A DNA stretch of 37,686 nt. Origin: a virus (lineage: Duplodnaviria; Caudoviricetes). The translations under genes and the position numbers were made by a program. Where the stretch lies: IMG/VR virus record IMGVR_UViG_3300034104_002149, positions 1-37,686 of that record; one strand, written 5' to 3'. This document shows, piece after piece, positions 17,212-27,400 of this stretch (the stretch's first letter is position 1; every line of letters begins with the position of its first letter). Under the pieces are notes generated by a model. It was not told where the DNA came from. It did no database searches and saw nothing but the letters and a program-made list of their open reading frames with translations.

Positions 17212-19006
17212 ATGTCCGCATTGCGATCAGTATTGCTCGAATGACATCCGACCCTATGTCTGCTCGTGCGGTGCCGTTTTTGGAAAGAATGGGTGGATTA
17301 CGACCATTACCGTAAAGCGAAGCATTAGTAAAAACTTGCACGACTACCATACAAAAAAAGCTTTGGACGGTCGAAAGGCTTGGTCGAAGCTGCATCGGAT
17401 CGAGCATGGAACGCCTGAACTATTCGAAGATTTCAAAAAGTACATGCCCGGCGGGTGCGAGTGCAAGAAGAAGGTTGATGCGATACTCAAGAAGATTCCG
17501 CCTCGCTACGGATCACCAGAAGAGTGGTTTGAGTTTACAGTCGAGTTTCACAACGAGGTGAATTTAACGCTTGACAAGCCTACCGTATCGCTGGATCGAG
17601 CCTACATGCTTTGGCGCAATCGAAGACCTAGCACCGGGAAAACCCGAGCTGTCATCACGGTGGCAAACGGCGTGGAGTTTTCGCAGATACTTGCTACAAC
17701 CAGATCGCACATGCAGGCTTATGCTGACAGGGTAAACGCCGATCTGATCGACCTGGACAACGACACTGAGACTTGGGGGCCGATGGAGAAATTCAGGGTT
17801 TACGAGTTTGCTAAGCAGTACGATGAGGTGATGTTTGTGGATGCCGACTGCATCATCACCGAAAACTGTCCAGACTTATTCAGCATGTTCAAGGGCGATG
17901 TGGTGATCCATGACGATTACGGTGTTTTGAGATCCCCGTCGATCATCAATGAAGAGCGCAAGAGAGTGTCCAGGCTGTCCGGAGTGGATATTCCGATACT
18001 GGAGACGGCCTTCAACACTGGTGTAGTGATCACTCGCGGAGAGGCAAAGCACATCTGGATACGACCGACTGTTGAAATAGGAACGTCTCGCTTCGCCGAA
18101 CAAGTGTGGATTGAAGGTCACATCAATCGCAACAATTTCCGCGTTGACGCGCTACCGCACCAAGCCAATTGGCAGTATTGGTACGGAAAGCACAGCCAGC
18201 CAATAACGCCATTTGAGGATGGTGTTCGTGGCGCATGGATAGTACACGCCTCAGCCAGCACGCAAAAGCTTTCGACGGTCAAGAGGGTTTCTGACCACCT
18301 TTCGATCAAGAATCCTCAGCCTCCGATAAGCGGACTTACTGCCGTGACATCATTGTCGCTTCTGCCGCATCACATCAAGGTTCAAGAGCGATGTTTGCAG
18401 TCTTGGGTGGATATGGGATTGAGGGTTGTTGCTGGAAACTCTGAGAGAGACATTGCTCAGTTGCGGGAGATCTATCCGTATGTCAATTTTGTACCTTGCC
18501 GACAGTCTAGTTCTTACGATCGACCGACTACGAGGATTTACGATCTTTTGCATATTGTTTCCGGAGCGTTTTTGCTGATAAATTCAGACATTGAGATGCA
18601 CGGATCGCAGTCGATACTGCTCGACGCGTTAAAATCCAGGGAAAGACTGATAGGACTTCGGCACAATTACGATCACGGGATATTTGAAACAAACATCGAA
18701 AGATGGGGAATTGATGCGTTTTTATTGTTCCCAGAGGATGTAGAATCATTCCCAGACCTGGATTTTGCGATCGGGCAGACAATGTGGGATTGGTGGGTTC
18801 CGATTCACTTAGAGAGCATAAAAGCCAAAATACGTTGGATTGGCGAGCCGTTTTTCTTCCATAAGTCGCACCCAGTTCACTGGAAACAGGAATCCCTGCA
18901 AATTGGCAGGGAAATGCTGCATCAGCAGTACAAAGTTCCAGTTGAGCACCCGTATTGGGAGTCTTGGAGGAAAGACAGACCGTTTAGCGACGGGGTTGCG
19001 ATTTAG
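17174..19006 (+). CDS. Fusion protein: Cys-cluster N-terminus, Erv1/Alr sulfhydryl-oxidase-like domain, two GT-A glycosyltransferase-like domains
   Basis: Erv-like motifs GRKAWSKLH, PGGCEC and WFEFTVEFHNEVNLTLDKP. The first GT domain has MFVDADC, FNTGV and EQ (GT8/GT34-like). The second has LLINSDI, GIDAF, WDWW and HKSH. Confidence 0.75.
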   Translation: MTAVQEKTVGSCKCPHCDQYCSNDIRPYVCSCGAVFGKNGWITTITVKRSISKNLHDYHTKKALDGRKAWSKLHRIEHGTPELFEDFKKYMPGGCECKKKVDAILKKIPPRYGSPEEWFEFTVEFHNEVNLTLDKPTVSLDRAYMLWRNRRPSTGKTRAVITVANGVEFSQILATTRSHMQAYADRVNADLIDLDNDTETWGPMEKFRVYEFAKQYDEVMFVDADCIITENCPDLFSMFKGDVVIHDDYGVLRSPSIINEERKRVSRLSGVDIPILETAFNTGVVITRGEAKHIWIRPTVEIGTSRFAEQVWIEGHINRNNFRVDALPHQANWQYWYGKHSQPITPFEDGVRGAWIVHASASTQKLSTVKRVSDHLSIKNPQPPISGLTAVTSLSLLPHHIKVQERCLQSWVDMGLRVVAGNSERDIAQLREIYPYVNFVPCRQSSSYDRPTTRIYDLLHIVSGAFLLINSDIEMHGSQSILLDALKSRERLIGLRHNYDHGIFETNIERWGIDAFLLFPEDVESFPDLDFAIGQTMWDWWVPIHLESIKAKIRWIGEPFFFHKSHPVHWKQESLQIGREMLHQQYKVPVEHPYWESWRKDRPFSDGVAI

Positions 19007-19053
19007 GTGGTAAGTCTTTAAAAAGACAATGTAAATAAAAGGAGTTTTGCGAA

Positions 19054-21396
19054 ATGCCAATTAGATTCCAGTATGACGCAGCGGCGGTAGCGCCCCCGAG
19101 CAGTAACGAACTGAAGAAGTACGGCGGTCAAATGCTGATGCAACAGCGCAAGTATGATTTGGATCAGCGCAACGATCAAGCAAGGATAAGCCAGATTGGA
19201 GCAATGCGCAATTACAACGCCGAACCGTCTATCGGCGAAGATGACGCGATGCTTGAGCAGGAGATCCGCAGTGGGGCTTACGACCCAGATACCGTTAGGT
19301 CGTTGCGAGACGATCAGCGTTCGATGCGTCAAATCCTGCGAGATAGAAACATTGACGGTACACAAAGAGCCCAGGCGATTGGTAATATCCAGTCTCGCAT
19401 GCGAATGACCAGATCTACTGGTAAAGTTCAGCCGATGATGCAGCAAATGCCTCCTGCGGCAGTGCAAGGGAAGCCGCCCATGACGGAGGCAGACTATTTT
19501 ATCGATCCGAAGAACTACAACGATGCGTATGCTGCCGCACAGGCTAGATTGCAAGAAGAAGGAGCCCCTGTAACTACGGATAACATTCACGCTCGAATGC
19601 ATAACGATTACCTAGCAAAGCAAAAATTCATAGAGAGCGTGAAGCCACCTCAAGGTCAGCAGCAGCAAGGTGCTCCTCCTGCTGGTCAACCGCAAGCGTC
19701 GATCACCTCGCCGCAGGTGTTTGGTTCGTCTACGGTGCTGGCACAAGGCGGTTTCCAGGGTGCGGGTCAGTCGGCGTATCAACCTACCGGAGACTACAGT
19801 AGCAAACCAGTGTTTGGTGTTCAGCCAGTGTTGGCACAGCAGGCAGCATCGCAACAAGCCGCACCGGCGTATCCAATGGAGGCTAACGCTGGTATGCGAG
19901 CGGGACAGCCTACTACGGCTCCGCAGGGTGGTGCGAGGAAATGGACTAGCAATGATGGCAAGTATTCAAGGCAGGGAGAGTTTCAAGGCTTTGCGCCTGG
20001 TCTTAGCCAGAGCGGATCTCCAATTGTCATGATCAAAAAGAGCGACAACCAGGAGACTATAACCGTTCCTCTCGATCGACTCAGCAACGAAGACAGGATG
20101 TTTTTGAGTAGAGACACTCAGTATTCCTTGCAGAATCCGCAAATGTCGGCTGGGCAAGCCTATTTCGATCCGAACAACCCTGTTTACGCCGAAATGCGAG
20201 CTGCCGACCAAAACATTGTCAATCCGCAAAGGCAAACATTTGGAGAGCCAGGGGGTTCGCGAGGTTTGGGTCAAATCAACTACGGTCAAGGGCCGAGCGG
20301 ACAGAATGTGTACGCCGACATTGTTCCTGGTGGCACAATGCCAGTAGCTAGACCAAGAGCCGCAACGCCAGAGGAGCAGGCGTATGATGAAAAGCAAAGC
20401 CAGAAGTATAAAGAGTGGAGGGCTAGACAGGGAGCGACCTCAAAAGCCGAGACCCCTTCTCTGACCACACTTCTGTCGAGAATGACTCCTAGTCAGCGAC
20501 GCAAATATACCGAGTGGCTCCAAAAAGACCCCAATCGATATGCGAACCGAAACGCGATCGCGGCACAGCAGTTGGATCAATGGGAGAACAACGTAGCGTC
20601 AGGAAACCTGCCGACATATCCTGGTTCTCAGCAACCCGCTCAGGGGCAACCTGCTGCTGCCACCAAGCCTGCTGCGAAAATTGACAGGTCGAGCCCAAAA
20701 GTAAAAGAGGCTGAGTCTATTGCTGTAAATCCACGGGCGACTCCAGATCAAAAAGAGAGTGCTGTAAATACACTGATAGACGCTGGCTTCACGCCAGACG
20801 AAGTGAGCGCGATGGTAGCGAAAGGCAGCCCCGCTAAGCCTCTTACTGGAGCCGAGATGGTTGGGAGTATTGATTCAAGCGGGAGTTTTCGCGAGGTTAA
20901 ACCTAGCACTAGTGATGCAATTAAAGATTTGCAGCAAATGGATGATGCGACGTTTGAATCCAAGTACGGTGCTGCGAAAAAACAAACACCTAAGACTTCT
21001 GCGCCTTCAAAGTATAATAATCAAACCCAAGAGGTTCCAAAACCTCCTGTTGCTGGACAGGTGGAGCCTCAAGCAGCCGCGCCGCAAGAGCGCTCATGGG
21101 AAGATGTTCGAAGCGCAATAAAGTCACCTCAAGCTAAAATGGTGTTGTGGGAAATGGAGAAATACTTCAGGAATGACCCAGAAAACTCCAAGGCTGTAAT
21201 GAGGTTCTTCGACCCGTCTACTCCAAACGAAGAGAAGACCAAGATCGTTCGCGAGTTGGTTAGCAAGGGTGTAGATTTACCCAAGATACAAAAGGAATTT
21301 GAATCGCGAGTTCTTCAAAAATCACCGCAACAATTCCCGAGAAACTATGGTTTGCCTGACACTGCTCGCGAAAAGAGCAAGGGTTTGGATGTTTAG
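19054..21396 (+). CDS. Gln/Pro/Ala-rich putative ejection (internal virion) protein containing an SHD1-like domain
   Basis: SD AAGGAG. 780 aa, largely low-complexity. RKWTSNDGKY...VMIKKSD...ITVPLDRLSNEDRMFL (about 19936-20106) matches the SHD1 pattern. Confidence 0.7.
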   Translation: MPIRFQYDAAAVAPPSSNELKKYGGQMLMQQRKYDLDQRNDQARISQIGAMRNYNAEPSIGEDDAMLEQEIRSGAYDPDTVRSLRDDQRSMRQILRDRNIDGTQRAQAIGNIQSRMRMTRSTGKVQPMMQQMPPAAVQGKPPMTEADYFIDPKNYNDAYAAAQARLQEEGAPVTTDNIHARMHNDYLAKQKFIESVKPPQGQQQQGAPPAGQPQASITSPQVFGSSTVLAQGGFQGAGQSAYQPTGDYSSKPVFGVQPVLAQQAASQQAAPAYPMEANAGMRAGQPTTAPQGGARKWTSNDGKYSRQGEFQGFAPGLSQSGSPIVMIKKSDNQETITVPLDRLSNEDRMFLSRDTQYSLQNPQMSAGQAYFDPNNPVYAEMRAADQNIVNPQRQTFGEPGGSRGLGQINYGQGPSGQNVYADIVPGGTMPVARPRAATPEEQAYDEKQSQKYKEWRARQGATSKAETPSLTTLLSRMTPSQRRKYTEWLQKDPNRYANRNAIAAQQLDQWENNVASGNLPTYPGSQQPAQGQPAAATKPAAKIDRSSPKVKEAESIAVNPRATPDQKESAVNTLIDAGFTPDEVSAMVAKGSPAKPLTGAEMVGSIDSSGSFREVKPSTSDAIKDLQQMDDATFESKYGAAKKQTPKTSAPSKYNNQTQEVPKPPVAGQVEPQAAAPQERSWEDVRSAIKSPQAKMVLWEMEKYFRNDPENSKAVMRFFDPSTPNEEKTKIVRELVSKGVDLPKIQKEFESRVLQKSPQQFPRNYGLPDTAREKSKGLDV

Positions 21397-21443
21397 TGGT
21401 TTCTTTGGGGTTCCGCGAAAAATTAAAAACTAAGGGCTAACAC

Positions 21444-24400
21444 ATGAGTGATTTTCTTGAGTTGTTTAAGAAAAGGCTTCAAGAAAGAGAGTCTGGAAGC
21501 TTGGCAAGTTTTCCAGCACAGGAAAGCAGCGGGACTCCTGGCTCCCTTGGGGCTCCACCTCAAACGTATGAAGACCCTCGCGAGAGGGCGATCATGGAAA
21601 AAAGAACCAAGGACTCTGGCAACGACTTTCTTGATTTGTTTTCGTTGAGATTAGCAGAGAAGCAAATTGAAAACCGTCGCCAACAGCGAGCCTACGCCGA
21701 GAAAGCACCAAAAGAGATTGTTGAGCCAACGAAGCAGATGCTTGCAAGTCGCAAAGATAGAAGCAAGCTTCTAGAGGTGTATCGAAAGTTGACACCCGAG
21801 CAGAGGCAAGAGGCTCTTAGAGTTGCTCCTGGTATTGGGCAGCAAATGGGCGACGATCGCGGAGGGATGCCATCTCGGATTGCCGAGTCTTTTGGTCTTG
21901 GCATCACGCAGATGGTTTCGCAACCGTACATGGAGCTTGCTGGCACTGGTGGAACAAAAGAAGAGATTGAGTTTATTCGCAAGCTTGATGCGATCGCCGC
22001 ACAAGAGTTTGATCCGGCTCTTCCGAGCGATCCTTGGTACGAGAGAGGGCCGCTGCAAGCCGCTCAGATGACTCCATGGATGGCAACGATTGTCGGAAGC
22101 GGTGGTCTGGGGGGTGTGATTGGGAAGGGTGGTGGAACACTGCTGGCTAGAGGTGCTGCAACGGGCGTTCCTGGAGCCAAGACGGCGTTCCAGACGGCTG
22201 GTGCTATCGGTCGAGTCCCAACTGCTATTGGATTAAAGGGAGCGACGACAAAAGGCGTTTTCCAGGGTGCTGGCACGCTCGCTGGCATCACAGCGGCGGG
22301 TTTCCCTGGCATGTACGCCCAAGAGGTTGACCAGCTCAAAGAGCTCGGAATGGAGGACGATTGGAAGTTGCGATTGCTTGCCGGTGGAACGGCGGTCGTT
22401 GGTGGTGCGGTTGAAGGCATTATCCCGAATCCGTTTGGCGGTAAGGTTAATTTTACGCAGGGCGCCATGAAGGCGGCTCGCCAATACCTATGGGAGTCGA
22501 TCAAAAAAGCTCCCGCTGAAATGTCCGAAGAATACATACAGGGCGTGACAAGCGGTTTGGGTGAGCACATCGCGCAGTACATCGCTGACGAGAAGGAGAT
22601 CGATTTTGGCGACGGGGAGAAGGTCAAGAGCGGCGTAAAGAAGAAGTCGATCGCCGACGCGTTTGCGAAAGGCTGGGAGCAGACCAAGGAAGCCGCTTTG
22701 CCAATGGCGTTTCTTTTGGGTGTACCTGCTGTTCCTGGTGCTGGACTTGCCGCTAGAAAAGCAAGGCTGTACGAACTCGAGCAAATAAGGGCTAAGCGTT
22801 TCGTGTCCGAAAAGGACGCTGAAGAGGCTGGCATTGAGGGTGACAACCGCAAGGAGCGAATGGCTAACCTGGAAGCCGAGGTTAATCGGATCACGCAGGA
22901 AATGCAGAGTCAGCCAAGTCCAGATGCGGAAATCGCGTCCATGGTTGGCGAACTTCCTCCCGAGACCGGCACCGTCGATCAACAGGGAGTTGTCGATCGA
23001 GATCCGTTTGAAGGGGAGGCTGGTCAGCCGCAAGTCGAAGCACCGATCACACCTGCCCCGCTTTACGAGGTCGCTGGTGATCAGAACATGGTGGCTAGGG
23101 TCTGGCAGAATCCTCAAGGGTTCTTAGTGAACCTCACGGATATAGACTCCGGTGAAGTGTTTCCGACTGCAAGCATCTTCCCGACGTTTGAGCAAGCAAA
23201 GCAGCACGCCGATACTGTTCGGTTGCCACAGCAGTCTCAGGTTGCACCGCCTACAGCCGGAGATCCGTTTGTGGAAGGCGAACAGCAGCAGGGTGCTCAG
23301 CAACAGACTCCAGCTTCGTTTGCAGCGCGGATGGCTAGAGGCGAGCAGATGACTTTGCCAGAAGATCAGCAGTATCGCATAAACAACGCAGCAGAGATTG
23401 AAGCCGAGTTGCAAAAGCTGATGCCGCCAACTGGAATAACGGCATCGCAACCACCAGCCGCACAAAACCCGTTTGAACCTGGAGTTTTACCACCACAAGG
23501 AGAAATCCCCGATGCCAGCGCAATACGAAGCCCTCAAGAGGAAGTACGACAAGAGCAAGGCGGCGCAGATCTACGTGGGTCTGGGCAAGAGCAAGTACCA
23601 GCGCAGCCAGAGAGCCAAGAGCCTCCAGCACAAGCGGAAGTACAAGTAGGGGAACTTCCAGAACCAAAGTCGGCGGAAGAAGTCGAATCGCTTCCAAAGT
23701 TCTCGCTTTACAAAACTACCGTTCAAGGCAAAGACTACATCGCCATTCGAGGGGATGGGCGAAGGGGTGGCGGCGACGAGTTGTATGAGTCTTTTGAGGA
23801 AGCCTCGCAAAAGGTGGAATCCAGGAGGTCTCAGGAGCAAGCGGCTATCGAAGCTGCTCAGAAGAAAGCCGAGCAGGAATCCGCTGCTGCGGAGGAACGA
23901 TCTAAGAATCTACCGTCGTATCGAGACTGGAGGTTTAACTCGACAGCAAGAAACTCAGGGAAGATCGTTCCTAATAAGGTCGGCGTAAAGTTCCTGCCGG
24001 ATCAAATGCAGTCGATCGCAAACTGGGCAAAGTCACAAGGTTTCTCGGTTTCAAACGTCACGCCAACTGGAATCAAGGTTCTCGATCCATCTGGCAAACG
24101 CTTGGACATCTCCATGTACGGTGCTGCTGGAGTCAAGGACGAAAAGGCAAAGGCAGCTAAAGCACAACAAGAAGCGGATCGCCGTAAAGCTGATGAAGAG
24201 CGCAAGAAAAAGACTGATAGCCGAAAGTCTGCGTCGTGGATTACAGAGACATTCGGCGGTGTGATAAACGACTATAACCGTAATGCTCTTTCTGATTTTC
24301 TTGAAGGAGACACCGACAAGTTCAAGGGTATGGTGTCCGCAAATTGGAGATCTGGGCTTGAGAAGGTTGGTGCCTTGAGTCCAGAAGGCAAGATCGATTG

Positions 24401-27400
24401 GGGTAAGGTCAAGTCAGCTTATGCCTCAACCGAACAGGCGGCAAAGCCAGAGACCGGCGAAAAGCCGCAAGCAGCGTCTCAATCAACTAAACCTTTGGTA
24501 GTCAAGCAGCGACTCAAGAATGCGGTGCGATTTGCTCCCGATACGGTGATTCCCGAGGGCGTTCCGTTTACCAGAGGCAAGCACCCTGCGTTTGGTGATT
24601 ACATCGAGGTTTTCAGTTCTCACCTCGATCGCATTCCTGGCTACTCAAAAGATCTGCCATCGGAGGGAGGTAGAACGCAAGCAAAGGTTCCATCAACGCC
24701 ATCTGAAATGGAAGCTGAATTGAGGGAACGTGTCGTCGAAAAAGTACAGCTAATGTATGACACGAAAAACTGGAACGAAACTGGCATTACCGCTGTGATC
24801 AAAACCGCCGTTGATGCTGAGTTTGGCGCTTTGACTACCGAAGTCGCCTACGCTGGAGACATTTCTCCAGAGTTGCGAGACTGGATCAACGGTTTCAATG
24901 CCAGCGAGTTCACCGGCATGGTGCGATCTTACCTTGGAAGAAATGAATCCAAGCCAGTGGCAACTGAGAAGTCGCCTGCTCAAAAACGAGACGAACGTCT
25001 TGATGAGTCAGAGGAAGCCCGCTTGTTTAGCGAGAACTTCATTAAAATTGTAGCCGATGACGTTTCCAAGATACGCAAGCAAGATATTTATCGATTGCTG
25101 TCGGAAGTCCCCAGCGAGCGAGCTGGCTATTTCGAGTGGTGGCTGATCAGGAGGCGTCCAGATCTGGCTGGAGAAATCAACGAAGCATCCAATGAAATAC
25201 TCGCTGAAAGAGCATCGCAAAAGAAGCCAGCCGCAGAACAGCCTCAAGCAGAAGGCGAGATGAGCGTTGAGGACTTCGTTAATGCTTTTGCTGGAACAAA
25301 GCAACCTGAGCCCAAAAAAGGCAAGAAGCCTACCCCTGTTAAGGCAGAGCCAGTAGCAGAGGAAAAAACGGAATACAGTGAACTAAAGCAGAATGTGGCA
25401 GGCATCGCCAGAACGATTCGAGCCATCAAAGGCAAGGATGTCCTGTTAATTGAATACAGCAAGTATTACTACACATGGTCAATTAGGAACGTTGACTCCA
25501 AGCAGGACATTGCCGGTGGAATAACCGATCTTAAACGCGCAAAGAATGTTGCCGAACGAATCTTTGCAGGCACGTTTGATATCGAAGCAGACAAGCGATT
25601 CACCATCACGGACACTCAGAGTTTAGCCTACTCGAACCAGAAGCTTGCAAGCTTGTGGGACGACGCTGGAAGGGCGATGCGTTTTGTTTCCGCCCTGCGA
25701 GATACTGGTTTCTACACCGATGGCAGGGTACTGATCAAGGTTTCTGAGAAGGACAGGGATGCGATACTAAAAAGCTCGAAATTGTCTGGAGAGACATTTC
25801 CTGCTCAAATCCAGGGAGTCATCGATTCCGCTAAAAAGCTTTCCAGTTACAGCGACAACGAAATGTCTCCTGCTGGTTATCGCGGGGGCGAATTGTCCAT
25901 AAGGACTGCCGTATTGAAAAACAAGACTGGTCAGTACGCAATTGTAGACAAGGCGTACCATGACACGATTATGAAGCGTCACCCGACAGCTAAGATATGG
26001 GGTAGCGAGGACAAGGGGCAAGCGATCAAGCAAGCGGTTCTTTACACGGTCGACGGCGAGCCCGTAGGTGTGCTTATGCCTATGGCGGCAGACAAAGAGG
26101 ACAAATACCTCACCGCGCTACTAGAGGGTAAGTACGAGGACGTAAAACCTACGGAGGCAGTCCCGCCAAAGAAACCAAGGACGCTCAAAAAAGAGCCGAA
26201 AGAAGGCGTTAAAGAGGGTCTGGACAAGGCTAAAGAGGGAGCCAAGCTGTTTATCGAGGGTATCAAGGACGCTGCCAAAGGCAACACTCCGTTTGCGAAC
26301 ATCCCGATGAATGAAAAGATCGCTCGCGGTCTTGGAATGATGGCTGACGGTCTGATTGAGGCTGGCAAGTACAAATTTGTCGACTTCATTGAATCGGTAG
26401 TGGAACTTGTCGGCATACAGAACGCCAGAAGCTATGCAAAGTACCTTGAGGCGGGTTGGAACAAGAAGGCTGAGTTTGACGATCGGCTCGATCAATCGCA
26501 GAGTGTTTTGGCTCTACTGGAAGAAAAGGAAACGGAAGATGGAAAGCAACAAGGTGAGCGTGGATCCGATCAAAACCTCCCAATGGGAGATGGCACTGGA
26601 GAACCTCAAGGAGATGGAGCCAGAGGCGACTCGGCAAATGATGCGGAACGGGACTCTAAAAAAGGAACTGGACCGCAGGGTGATCAGGTACTTCCAACTG
26701 ACGCAGAAACTACAGGCGTCGATGGACGAGGAGGCGGCGAACGAGACGGCACAGATGGAAGTGTTGACGCCAATCAACCCGAGCAAGGATCGACAGAAGG
26801 CACTGACGGAAGCGGAGGAACTACAGATAAGCAAATGGGCGGTCGGGTTGCAGTCAACCACGTAATCTCTAGCGAGGACGATCTGGCGGTCGCGAGTGTC
26901 ACGGAAAGCCTAAAGCGAAACATCAAGGCTTTGCAGATACTCAAAAAGCTAGAAGTAGACGGCAGGTTTCCAGACGAGTCGGAACGCAAGTCGCTGGCTC
27001 AATACACTGGTTGGGGTGGACTTTCGCAAGCTCTTGACTCGATAAAGGGGGAGCGAATGCTCCAGGGGTCATGGAACAGAGATGAAAACTGGGAGAAGAA
27101 ATGGGGTGACTCATACGTTAAGCTAAAGGAAATTCTAACTAAGGAAGAGTTCCAAGCCGCCCAAAACAGCACCGAAAACGCTCACTACACAAGCAAAGAT
27201 GTAATCCAGTCTCTTTGGAAGATAGCAGAGCGACTTGGGTATAAGGGCGGACGGGTTCTTGAGCTCGGCGCTGGAGTTGGTCACTTTGCTGGTCTTACAC
27301 CTTCGAGAGTTCGCGGTGTTACGCAGTTTACGATGGTCGAGATGGACAGCATTAGCAGTCGCATTGCCAAGATGCTTTATCCTTCGCACGACGTATTTTC

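Noticed and set aside
797-21396. Many genes end in TAG, and two junctions (2806/2840 and 9351/9373) are in frame across a single TAG, hinting at amber recoding or read-through
   Set aside because: Most TAG-ended genes are followed by out-of-frame starts with their own SD. Two in-frame cases out of about ten is within chance, and long ORFs are intact under the standard code.
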